A stretch of 64,000 bases of DNA from an uncultured Gemmatimonadaceae bacterium (GTDB lineage Bacteria; Gemmatimonadota; Gemmatimonadetes; Gemmatimonadales; Gemmatimonadaceae): positions 1,536,001 through 1,600,000 of the forward strand of contig CAWFQK010000004.1 in assembly GCA_963817955.1 (NCBI GenBank), read 5' to 3'. The translations under genes were made by a program, and so were the position numbers. Under the pieces are notes generated by a model, which made no database searches, had not been told where the DNA came from, and was given only the letters and a program-made list of their open reading frames with translations. Of this stretch, positions 1 through 9,712 are shown one piece after another; within the stretch, counting starts at the first letter, position 1, and each line of letters opens with the position of its first letter.

Positions 1-148
1 CGAACGGAAGATCGAGCGTTGCGGTCGAGCAAGCGGGCCTTGAGCCCTGAGCGCGGCGACGCGGCCTTCTGGACCGGCTCGACCATATGGCATCCCATGA
101 CGCATGGACGAACGTTGTCCTGATCCGCTGTCAATCACAGATTCCGTC

Positions 149-1210
149 ATGTCCCGCTATCTTATTTTCTCAGAATCCCAACTTGGAACGCCCGCGGGCA
201 AGACGGGGCATTCCGTTATTCGATATTCCGCCGGCCAGGTCGCAGCGGTGCTCGACAGCACCCGCGCGGGCCAACGGGTCCAGGACGTCCTCGGTTACGG
301 CGGCGACATTCCCGTCGTGGCAACGATCGACGAGGGCGTCGCACTCGGTGTCGACGCACTGCTGGTAGGCGTCGCCATGCACGGTGGCGGGTTCACTCAG
401 GAGGTGCGCACCGCCATCCATGCCGCGATCGACGGTGGTCTCGACATCTGGAACGGCCTGCACGGCTTCGTGAGCGACGATCCCTCGCTGTCTGCACTCG
501 CCCGGATGCGTGGCGTAGAACTGCACGACGTCCGTCGTCCTCCCGACGCGCTGCCGATCGCCACTGGCCGGGTGCGCGAAGTCGATGCGACGGTCCTGCT
601 CGCAGTGGGAAGCGACGCCAACATCGGGAAGATGACCGTGATGCTGCAACTGCACGCGGCGCTCACGGCGCGCGGCAGTCGGTCAGCCTTTGCACCCACA
701 GGACAGACGGGCATCTTCATTCAGGGATGGGGGATCTGTGTCGACGCCGTCGTCGCCGACTTCATTGCCGGCGCGGCGGAATCTGTTACCCTACAGGCGG
801 CACGGAACGCCGACATCGTGCTCGTCGAAGGACAGGGGTCCATCCTACACCCGGGATATTCCGGCGTGTCGCTCGGATTACTGCACGGCAGCCTGCCACA
901 CGGGCTCATCGTCTGTCATCAACCATCGCGGAAGACCTTCCGCCACAATGCCTGGCTCAAGATTCCACCCCTGCGCGACGTGATCGCCCTACACGAAGCC
1001 ATGGCGGGCGCGCTGCGCCCCGCGCCGGCCATCGCTGTTTCCCTGAATACGGTGGATATGTCGGATCGGGATGCGCGGGCGGTGATCGACCGCACAGCCG
1101 ACGAGACTGGATTGCCGACGACCGATCCGGTGCGCTACGACGTGGCGCCGCTCGCGGATGCCGTACTCGCCTTCGACTCCGGTCGCCGTGGGGCGACCGC
1201 CCCTTTATGA
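149..1210 (+). CDS. DUF1611 family protein (DgcN-like D-glutamate N-acetyltransferase)
   Basis: Motifs GSDANIGKMT, TGQTGI, DAVVADF, VEGQGS..HP..SGV; start moved to ATG149 (MSRYLIF). Confidence 0.85.
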   Translation: MSRYLIFSESQLGTPAGKTGHSVIRYSAGQVAAVLDSTRAGQRVQDVLGYGGDIPVVATIDEGVALGVDALLVGVAMHGGGFTQEVRTAIHAAIDGGLDIWNGLHGFVSDDPSLSALARMRGVELHDVRRPPDALPIATGRVREVDATVLLAVGSDANIGKMTVMLQLHAALTARGSRSAFAPTGQTGIFIQGWGICVDAVVADFIAGAAESVTLQAARNADIVLVEGQGSILHPGYSGVSLGLLHGSLPHGLIVCHQPSRKTFRHNAWLKIPPLRDVIALHEAMAGALRPAPAIAVSLNTVDMSDRDARAVIDRTADETGLPTTDPVRYDVAPLADAVLAFDSGRRGATAPL

Positions 1211-1833
1211 GCCATTTCATCCGCATGGCGGCATTCGCCACGGTCCTGCTCGCGCCACTCGCTTGCACGGACGGGCGTGCTCGTGCGCTCCAAGAGATCC
1301 GCGGCGTGCAGCTCTCGCCCGTGCGCGCAAAGCCGGACTTCACACTTCTGGATACGGACGGGAAGCCCTTTCACTTCGTGGCCGACACGCGCGGCACGGC
1401 CACGCTGCTGTACTTCGGCTACACCAACTGCCCTGACGTCTGCCCCACGCACCTCACGAACATCGCGGCCGCCATGAAACGGCTCTCGCCGCAGGACCAG
1501 GCAAAGGTCCGAGTCGTGTTCGTAACGACCGATCCGGCGCGCGACACGCCGACGGTGTTGCGTGGCTGGCTCAACAACTTCGATCCGCGGTTCATTGGCC
1601 TACGCGGCGATATTGCCGACGTGAACCGGATTCAGGCGGCGCTCGGCTTGCCGCCCGCCACCATCGAAGCCCTTCCGGGCACAGCCACCGGCGCCCACGC
1701 CGCCTACGGCGTGGGCCACAGCGCGCAGGTGCTGGGCTTTACTCCAGACGACAGCTTGCGGGTGGAGTACCCAAGCGGGTTCACGCCTGCCGATTGGCAG
1801 AATGACTTGCCGAGATTGCTGCGGGTGAAGTGA
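1207..1833 (+). CDS. SCO1/SenC family copper chaperone lipoprotein
   Basis: FGYTNCPDVCP, VTTDPARDT, conserved His (VGHS); lipobox LAPLAC; ATGA overlap with upstream gene. Confidence 0.9.
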   Translation: MSHFIRMAAFATVLLAPLACTDGRARALQEIRGVQLSPVRAKPDFTLLDTDGKPFHFVADTRGTATLLYFGYTNCPDVCPTHLTNIAAAMKRLSPQDQAKVRVVFVTTDPARDTPTVLRGWLNNFDPRFIGLRGDIADVNRIQAALGLPPATIEALPGTATGAHAAYGVGHSAQVLGFTPDDSLRVEYPSGFTPADWQNDLPRLLRVK

Positions 1834-1839
1834 GGTTGA

Positions 1840-2234
1840 TTAGTACTGCTTTGTCAGTTTTACCGCGAACTGCCGCGCAGTCGGCGGATGATCGAGCGGG
1901 GGCTGGCGCAAGCGATCGGGACGACGGGTGACTGTGATCAGTCATCAGTGCGTGGGTTGTCAGTCATCAGTGACTGAGGACCCCGACAGCCGTCGATCGG
2001 GCGAACAGACCCGCGAACATCCACCACCAAAAAAGACGCGCGGCCGCGAAAGCCGGCCCGAGAGAGAACCCGTCGCGTTGCCGCGCGACTGATGACTGAC
2101 AACCGTTTTACTGATGACTGAAGACAGTCACCCGCTGTCCCGATCGCTTGACCTGGCGTAACGCGCCGGACCCAGCCGCGGTCGTTCGCGCCGTTACCGC
2201 CGCCAGCGCTGAACCTCGGACAGAGCAGTATTAG
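1840..2234. mobile_element. MITE-like non-coding element with terminal and internal inverted repeats
   Basis: TAGTACTGCTTTGTC (1841-1855) vs revcomp of 2219-2233 TAATACTGCTCTGTC (13/15); internal arms 1909-1971 and 2088-2150 match 54/63. Confidence 0.55.
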
Positions 2235-2313
2235 GCCGCGTGCTCGTCCCGGAATACGTCAAGGACTACGTGTCCTTGAACCAGTTTGCGGCGTAGGCGG
2301 CACAGGAGGATTC

Positions 2314-2729
2314 ATGAGCAAGAGCAACAAGACCATGATTGAAGTCCAGGGCACCTCCGTCGCTGTGCTTTCGCAGAATCAGCAAGACATCATATGCCTG
2401 ACGGACATTGCCAAGTTCAAGAACCCGGATCACCCGGACGATGTGATCCGCAACTGGCTGCGCGGCCGCAACACGGTGGAGTTTCTCGGGGTCTGGGAAC
2501 GGCTCAACAACCCGAGTTTTAATCCCGTCGAATTCGACGGGATTAAAATGCAGACGGGTCTGAACAGCTTTGTCCTCACGCCGAAGCAGTGGATCGAGAG
2601 GACCGGAGCGGTGGGCATCACATCAAAGGCCGGTCGCTACGGCGGCACGTACGCCCATAAGGACATCGCCTTCGAGTTCGCCGCCTGGGTCTCGGTAGAG
2701 TTCAAACTCTACCTCATCAAGGAATTCCA
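2314..2729 (+). pseudogene. KilA-N domain DNA-binding protein, 5' half (interrupted)
   Basis: ICLTDIAK, NWLR.RNTVEFLG.WE, GRYGGTYAHKDIAFEF, breaks at LYLIKEF; GGAGG RBS upstream. Confidence 0.9.
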
Positions 2730-4323
2730 TCTCGGGTGACATCTGGGCCGGATCGCGGAGTTCGCGAAACACTTCGGTGCTGATTCACACACGTCACTCG
2801 GCGGGGCGGTGTGCCGAGAGATTCGGATCACTTCGGAGCGACCGGAGCCGGCCTGCGAGTCGTGTGCACCGGCACACCAGCTGGCGGCCCTGATTCCACC
2901 TGGTGCGTGTCCACGGGGGGCATCCTGGAACGGAGGCTCCACGGGAGGATATAGGACGCCAGCAAAATGCTGTCTCGGTGTTGACTGAGTACGTAGAGCC
3001 GTTCCCGGTTGCCTGCTACCCGAAGCGCAGATCGCGGGAGCACCATCGTCTGGAGATACGCTCCACTATCAGAATAGAGATCGACCATACGACCCGCGCC
3101 CGCTGAGCGACCGGAGAACAGGAGAGCAACCCCTCCAGGAAAGCTCGTTGCGTCGAGCGTGTAGACCGACGCTGACCGCGTCAGGCGGTCCCAGAGCCGC
3201 TGATACCAAGAATCAGTTGACACTGGCTCGATGTACGGTCCGAGCGGACGCACCGCGGTATCAGCAACGACCACAACGCTTCGCATGCGCGAGGCCCATA
3301 GGACACACGCGCCGCCCAGCGAGCCGCCGAATCGTAAGTCCTGCCACTTGACGGAGCGGCCGTCCACGTACCCCGCGGGGAACGACAACGAGCGAGTTGC
3401 GAACGGCCGTTTCAGATCATGGATGAAGACAGTGCCCGCCTACGTGTCATCGAGGAATGCGATGCTACCGCTGTCGACTACGCAAGCCGTGCGTACGGTT
3501 CCCCGGTCGCTGAGAGTCGCGATGACCTTGATGTAACCTGAGACGTCTCTACTGACGATGCTGCCCGTTTCAGGCACGAGATACCAAGTGACCCCGCCAC
3601 GGGTAACGCCGGCAATGTCAGAGGGAATGCCGAGCGCTGGATTGACACCGGCGGCCACGATCGGGACACGTCCACCGAGCGCTGACATGTTACTGCCCGA
3701 GAGGGGCTTCTCAAGAATGACCTGAAATGCGGCGGGCGGCGACGCTTGTAGAAGAGCCGTCACACCGCCCCCAGACCGAAACGCGACGACGCTCATGCGT
3801 TGCAGATGTGGGACGAAGCGCTCCACGTAGGGCAGACGGTATTCCCACTCCATGTCCCCGAGTCCGCCGACCCGCAGCGGGCCGGAACCCCCGGTATTTG
3901 CCGTGGAGCGCGAATCATGCGTCGCTGAGCATGCGCCGAGCGCCGCCGCGACCGCGAGGACCCCTAGGATCCTGGTGACCGTGGTTGCTATCGATCTGTC
4001 CTCCGTTCTCGCCGAAGGGCCACATTGGAGGAGGCGTGAACGCCGTTTTGCCGCCTGCGACTCAGAAACGATCAATCTCGCTGTCACGGAACCGTCACCA
4101 TTGAGAAGGCGTCTAAACATGCACGGCTGATTCCAACCCTTGGGGCCGGTCTACAGGCGGCGGCCAAACAGCTCAGTGATTGGGCTACACGCCGTGCGCC
4201 AGGCTTCTGTACGCACGGCATGCACACTGGCCGCAGAGAGCTTGTTAGCCCTGAGGGCTACATATCAGTGCCACGGGGTGAAGCAAATAGTTCCTCCGAT
4301 AGAACAGTTAAACTCGAATTCCA
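2722..4323. mobile_element. 1.6-kb insertion in kilA-N flanked by 8-bp direct repeat GAATTCCA
   Basis: GAATTCCA at 2722-2729 and 4316-4323; removing the insert plus one copy restores the frame; no transposase or TIR seen. Confidence 0.85.
2828..4120 (-). pseudogene. Putative lipoprotein (possibly beta-propeller-like) with one in-frame TAG
   Basis: ORFs 3440-4120 and 2828-3388 are in the same frame, joined by TAG (3440-3442) plus 17 sense codons; lipobox-like LAVAAALGAC. Confidence 0.55.
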
Positions 4324-4741
4324 GCGCCTCAAGGAAGAGGAAAACCGCCACCTGTCGCTCGCCTGGAACCTTAACCGCACCCTTTCCAAGCTCAACTACC
4401 GAATCCACACCGACGCCATTCAGGCGCACCTGATTCCGGCGGCAGTAACGCCGGCACAGGCTGCCCTCACCTACGCCAGCGAGGCCGACCTGCTCAATGT
4501 CGCCCCGTTTGGCCAGACGGCAAAACAGTGGCGCGAGGAGAACCCAAAGCTGGAAGGCAACATGCGCGATTATGCCACGATCGAGCAGCTGTTGGTACTG
4601 GCCAATATCGAGGGCATGAACGCCGAGTTCATCCACATGACACGGCCACAAAGGGAACGTCTCAAGCGCCTCAATGAAATCGCCATCCGCCAGATGCAGG
4701 TGTTGACATCAACGTCTGCGATCAAACAACTCAAAGGATAA
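4316..4741 (+). pseudogene. KilA-N protein, 3' half
   Basis: EFQRLKEEE..WNLNRTLSKLNYRIHTDAI..YASEADLLNVA.FG.TAKQWRE..GNMRDYAT, the typical C-terminal part of this family. Confidence 0.9.
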
Positions 4742-4914
4742 TAGTCTGCTCGCCACCGACACCAAACGCCGCATCGACACCGCCCGCGACATCCATACTT
4801 CGCGATTGCTTCTCTTGTCTCGCTGACTGGGCGCTCGCCATGGCCAGACGGCTCGTATCGGCGGCGCAGACGAGAGTCAAAAGCGAGTGCATCAAACAGC
4901 ATATGAGGGTAGGA

Positions 4915-4948
4915 ACGCGAACGGCCGCCCGAGGGCGGCCGTTCGCGT
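4915..4948. terminator. Strong hairpin between convergent genes
   Basis: ACGCGAACGGCCGCCC-GA-GGGCGGCCGTTCGCGT perfect inverted repeat. Confidence 0.65.
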
Positions 4949-4981
4949 GTACTGCGGGGTGTGACCTACGGGTGCGGCGTG

Positions 4982-5740
4982 TTACACCGCCGGCAACTGC
5001 GATGCCGGAGGTGTGGATGCTGCCGGCGGCGTTGCTGGCGCCGCCATACTGCCCTGCGTGGTGGCGTCCGCTTGTGCCGCGCTCGCGCGAGCGCCGATCT
5101 TGACGCCCGGCTTGTGAGCGACGCGCTTCGCTGTGGTCCATGCCGCCTGCAGGCCGGCATCGGCGCCGATCAACGGCAGCAGCAAGCCGTTGAGCACCGT
5201 GATGATGGTGCGACCACGCCGCTCCTCAGCCGCCAGGGATGCCGTCGCCCCGCTTCGGACCACGGCTTGCCCCGATCGACCATCAATGGCGTCCTGGAGC
5301 CCCTGCGCGGACGCCTGCAACCGCGCGATGAAATCCGCCGGGAGCCCGTTAGCCGTGAACACCGCCGCGTGGCGCGCCGCGGCCTCGCCCATCGCCGCCG
5401 CCGCCGCGAGCAGTCGCTCCGTCGAGACGGTCGAGCGCGGCGTGGTGAGCGAGCTAAAATCGGGAACAGCCGGTAGCCGAAGCTTCGCGATCGCCGCGAT
5501 GGGATCCATCTGGTGGATCCGCAACGCAAGGCGCAGCGCGCCCAGCTTCGACGTCTCCCCTCGGCTCGCGCGGCCACCGACCTCCTGAGCGGTGGCGGAT
5601 GCGCTGAGTTGGGTGATAGTGTCGGTCAGCTCCTGCCGAGCGGCAGAACCCAGGAGCGAGGCGAACGCCGTGGGTTGGGCATCGAGAAAGGTGTCGATGC
5701 GGCGGAGCGCTTCGAGCATACTGCCTTCGTGGTATTTCAT
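4982..5740 (-). CDS. Hypothetical alpha-helical protein (252 aa)
   Basis: ATG5740 (MKYHEGSMLEALRRI) preceded by GGAGG; amphipathic helical composition; Pro/Ala-rich tail. Confidence 0.75.
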   Translation of the reverse strand: MKYHEGSMLEALRRIDTFLDAQPTAFASLLGSAARQELTDTITQLSASATAQEVGGRASRGETSKLGALRLALRIHQMDPIAAIAKLRLPAVPDFSSLTTPRSTVSTERLLAAAAAMGEAAARHAAVFTANGLPADFIARLQASAQGLQDAIDGRSGQAVVRSGATASLAAEERRGRTIITVLNGLLLPLIGADAGLQAAWTTAKRVAHKPGVKIGARASAAQADATTQGSMAAPATPPAASTPPASQLPAV

Positions 5741-5828
5741 GTGGCCTCCCGGCCGATGGGGCGCCGAAATGGACCTGCACCCCGACGGGCGCCCGATGCG
5801 CCGGGGTCGAAAAATGAGAGCAACCGCC

Positions 5829-6835
5829 TCGAGCGGTTGCGGTGTGGTCTTGGGGAGTTGCGCTGTGGTCTTGAGGAGTTGCGATATCGTCTCGGAGAGC
5901 TGGGGTGTCGCCTCAGCAAGTTGCGCTGTCATCTCGGAGAGTCGGGGTGTCGCCTCAGCGAGTTGGGGTGTCGCCTCAGCGAGTTGGAGTGGCGTCTCGG
6001 AGCGTTGGAGTGCCGTCTCGCCGAGTTGGAGTCCCATGTCGACGCGTCAGGGTTCCATCTCAACGCGTTGGGATCCCGTCTCAACGCGTTGGAGTGCCAT
6101 CGCAAGGCGTTCCGATTGCGTCTCGATGAGTTAGGATTCCAGCTCGACGCGCTGGGGTGCCGCCTCTGCGAGTTGGAGTGCCGTCTCGCCGCGCTCAGCT
6201 TGTGCCTTGGCGCGTTGGAGTGCTCTCTCGCCGCACTCCGATTGTGTCTTGGGGAGTTGGAGTGCCGTCTCGATGCGTTGCGATCTCAGCTCGAGGCGCT
6301 CCGATTGCATCTCGGCAGCGGGCACTGCCGTCTCTGCACGGGCGGGTGTCGTCTCGCGGCGATGCGATGCCTGCTCTGCGCGCGAGGATCCTGGCTCAAC
6401 CCGCAGGGATCCTCGCTCGCCACGTTGCGATTCCGTCTACATCCGCAACGATCCTTGCTCGGTCCGTTGGGATTCCGTCTCGGCTCGCAACGATCCTTGC
6501 TCGGCCCGTTGGGATTCCGTCTCGGCTCGCAACGATCCTTGCTCGATCCGTTGCGATCCTATCTGGGCACGCGACGATCCCTGCTTGGCGCGTTGCAATA
6601 CCATCTCGCGGCATTGCGATGCTCGCTCGGCCCGATCGAATTCCATCTCGGCACGATCGAATTCCATCTCGGCACGATCGAATCCCGTCTCGGCCCGATC
6701 GAATTCCATCTCGACACGATCGATCCCGTCTCGGCCCCTTCGCATTCGATCATGCCACGATCGATCCCGTCTCGATCCATTCGCATTCGATGCGTGGCAC
6801 GATCGATCCCGTCTCGCCGCCCGATCGTCCCGCGA
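5829..6835. repeat. Degenerate 21-bp tandem array (~43 in-register units, then decay)
   Basis: Units such as TCAGCGAGTTGGGGTGTCGCC and TCGGCACGATCGAATTCCATC; register unbroken from 5829 to 6711 (42x21). Confidence 0.9.
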
Positions 6836-6957
6836 TGATCGTAGTCCTATATATTAGTTCCGAAATTGGGGGGTCAGCGCAAGGGCCAATATGACCGATT
6901 GACCAATACCGCCATGTTTTGAGCGTTTCAGCGTTAGTACTATTAGAGCGGTACGTC

Positions 6958-7000
6958 GGTCCCGTGTCCGGTGTCCCGTGTCCCGTGTCCCGTGTCCCGT
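6958..7000. repeat. Heptamer array (GTGTCCC)n
   Basis: About 5-6 units, same unit as the arrays attached to the dispersed repeat. Confidence 0.9.
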
Positions 7001-7281
7001 GGTACCGGACGAGTCACGAGCTGGCCTGCGCGTGCGTGGAGCGGCCGGCCACGAGATCGCGGCGACCGGCAACACCGATCCGCGGAAGAGCGTCACCGAT
7101 CTGACGCTCCTGTTGAGTGGCATCGATCCGCCGCCGTCGCGCGTGCGCCGCTGGTGGCGGCCCGTCGAGGGACCCGGCGCCAAGACACTCTAGAACTTGC
7201 TCATAATCGCCCAGCGTCGTAGGTTGCGGCGCGATGGCGCTTGCGGAAGGACCGCCCTGGAACGACAACCGGGTTGACGAG

Positions 7282-8099
7282 ATGACTCAGTCACAGTTGA
7301 CAACTCGACGGACGCCTGCCGGCCGATACTCGCTCATCACGCTGATCTTGCTGGCGGGCATACTGACCCGTCCCGAGGTGGCACGGGCTCAAGGTACGTC
7401 AGGCGCCCCCGCACCGCCGACGAAGGCGAGCGTGTTGGCAGGTCGCGTGCGGGATCAGTTAGGTCACCCGATAGGACTCGCTGCAGTGAGTGCAGAACAG
7501 GGCGCGAGTGCCGTGTCCGGCGATTCGGGCATTTTCAGGTTGGTGGGCCTATTGCCCGGGCAGGCGGAAATCACCGTAGCGCGGATCGGCTACGCGCCTG
7601 TCAGGTTTGCCGTGACCATGCCAGCCGACTCGACGGTATTCGTTGAGGTACATATGGAATCGGTCACCTCCTTGGCTGCTGTCGAAATTAGCGGCCGCCC
7701 CGCCAACTCCATGCTTACAGGCCAAGGGTTTTACGAACGCAAGCGGTTGGACTCGGCATGTTCCTAGATCCCGACCAAATCGCGGCACGGCCGTTTTCCT
7801 ACGTTTCGCAGCAGCTTATGGATGTGCCGAGCGCTTCGATCAAAAAAAAGAACATGGGCATAGGCTACTCGGTATTGTTTTTCTCGCACGCTACCGGAGG
7901 CTTTTGCGCACCTACCGTATTCGTCGACGGCGTATACCTAACAATCCCCATTGACGAGTTCCTAAGCGGATCCGAGGTCTACGCAATTGAAGTCTACCCC
8001 CACGCAACACAGGTTCCCCTCAAGTTTCAGCCGCCGATGCAGGACGTCCCCTGTGGGGCAATCGCCATCTGGACAAAGTCAGGGATGCATACGAAATAA
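7282..8099 (+). pseudogene. Carboxypeptidase-regulatory-like domain / plug-like secreted protein, frameshifted
   Basis: Signal peptide, GRVRDQLGHPI..G.FRL.GL.PG..RIGYAP, GFYERKRL then frame change; one extra G near 7750 gives KRLGLGMFLDP..C.PTVFVDG..AIEVY..CGAIAIWTK. Confidence 0.75.
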
Positions 8100-8152
8100 C
8101 CGACGCTGTCGCGGGTGTAATGCCTCAGCTGGAACTGGAGTGTTCGTCCACC

Positions 8153-8638
8153 ATGAAAGTTATCGCGTTCGTTTCAGCAACCGTCTGCACACTTGCCCTT
8201 TCGCTTCATGCGCAGCAACCGAGCGAGCTGCAGGCTGTTGAGCGTGCCATGGTATCGTACGCTGGAGCTCATCTAGCCACCACCGAGGTCATCGTCTTCG
8301 ACGGAGTTCCTACGAGTGCGAAGCAAGCCACCCGGCCGCCAGCGCACGTAGCTTCACTCGCCAGCGCGTTGCACGCGCAACGGATCGGCCGTACGGACGA
8401 CTTCTATAAATGCGCGTCGAGCAAGCCGTCGACCTGCTCCATTAGTGGCGCCGATGCAATCATTTCGCTCAGCGAACCTACGATACAAGGCGATACGGCC
8501 TTGATCACCGTTCGAGTCTTGCGTGCAACACGCAGCCAGCGCGCGCCCGTCGCGCGAAGCGAGGATCGCTATCGTCTCGTGCGGCATGGCGATGGTTCGT
8601 GGACTGTTGACGGGTGGGTTGCTGGGAGTATCACCTAG
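8153..8638 (+). CDS. Hypothetical secreted protein
   Basis: MKVIAFVSATVCTLALSLHA signal peptide; GGAG upstream. Confidence 0.7.
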   Translation: MKVIAFVSATVCTLALSLHAQQPSELQAVERAMVSYAGAHLATTEVIVFDGVPTSAKQATRPPAHVASLASALHAQRIGRTDDFYKCASSKPSTCSISGADAIISLSEPTIQGDTALITVRVLRATRSQRAPVARSEDRYRLVRHGDGSWTVDGWVAGSIT

Positions 8639-8704
8639 GGTGACGCCCTGCCCAGCTTCGTGCTGGCCATGCGGCGATTGGCGCGCTTCCTGGGCGCGTT
8701 GATA

Positions 8705-9712
8705 TCACCCCAACAACGCAAGCAACGCGAACGTTGCAAGCCAATGCTCCCCGGCATACTCGCCCGCCACGTGCGGCAGGCTCGCCGCGAGGTGCGCGTC
8801 GGCCGTAGACAGCGCACGAATGCGTCGCGGGTCTGCCTCCTCCCAACTCGAGGCAATTGATCGCCAACACCACGCGCGGCTGAGATTCAGGCCGTCGAGG
8901 TGCGCGATCTTGCCATCGCTGCGATCGCTGACCGTTACTGGAGTGAACAGCGTAGCCGGCTCCTGCTTCCCGAGTCGCGGCAGAAACCGATCCATCCACG
9001 CTCGCCATTCTGCCGCCCCCAAGACTCGCCTCATGCACTCCGCTTCGATCAAGGCTGACGACAGAAAATCGTCACCACCTGGCTCCCAGGCCTGACAGTC
9101 GGCGTCGGTGCCGTACCAGGCACGTGCCTTGTCGCGCAGCATTCCCCAGAGTGCATCGTCCCTGGCCACCTCGGCATACTCCAGCGCCAGTGTCAGGGCG
9201 AACGCCGTGTTGAAGTGTGTTCCGACGCGGATGGGATAGGTGGCTTTGGGAAGCCAGGCGCGGAAGCGATTCGCGAAGACCACCGCCAGGGGCCGCAGTG
9301 TCTCTGACCATCGGCGGCCCTCGTCGTTGTCCCACCGCGCCAGTTCGGCGCTCAGCATCAGGAGCCATGCCCAGCCATACGGTCGCTCGAATCCGCCACG
9401 CGATGGCTGCTCGAGATAGGCGATTTCGCCGGCGATGTTGCGTGCCGTGAGTTGCGTGTCGAACAGCTCGCGGATTTGCGTGCGCTGAACCTGGGGCAGG
9501 TCACGCACACCGCGATGGATCGTCGCCAGCATCCAGTATGCGTGGACGTTCGAGTGCCAGTCGAAGCTCCCATAGAACACCGGGTGCAACTCGTGCGGCG
9601 CGCGGAGATCGTCCGGCCCATTGAGCACGTGATCGAGCTTGTTCGGGTACTCCCGCCGAGCGTGGTCGAGCGCCAATGCGGCGAACCGGCTCGCGGTCGT
9701 CTGGTCAATCAC
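8705..9712 (-). CDS. DUF2891 family protein
   Basis: REYPNK, HPVFYGSFDWHS, FERPYGWAW, DGKIAHLDGLNLSRAW, YAGEHWLATFA. Confidence 0.9.
   Translation of the reverse strand: MIDQTTASRFAALALDHARREYPNKLDHVLNGPDDLRAPHELHPVFYGSFDWHSNVHAYWMLATIHRGVRDLPQVQRTQIRELFDTQLTARNIAGEIAYLEQPSRGGFERPYGWAWLLMLSAELARWDNDEGRRWSETLRPLAVVFANRFRAWLPKATYPIRVGTHFNTAFALTLALEYAEVARDDALWGMLRDKARAWYGTDADCQAWEPGGDDFLSSALIEAECMRRVLGAAEWRAWMDRFLPRLGKQEPATLFTPVTVSDRSDGKIAHLDGLNLSRAWCWRSIASSWEEADPRRIRALSTADAHLAASLPHVAGEYAGEHWLATFALLALLG

Noticed and set aside
3440..3442. Pyrrolysine or programmed amber readthrough
   Set aside because: No pyl machinery in the window; other genes use TAG as a normal stop
5829..6835. CRISPR array
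   Set aside because: Contiguous degenerate 21-mers with no constant repeat/unique spacer alternation; no cas genes
5513..6838. 441-aa + strand ORF as a confident gene
   Set aside because: Overlaps a better gene antisense and is a Cys-rich translation of the repeat; kept only as a hypothesis
6850..6950. AT-richer patch resembling an IS end (TTCCGAAATTGGGGGGTCA)
   Set aside because: No partner end or transposase found; may simply be a promoter region
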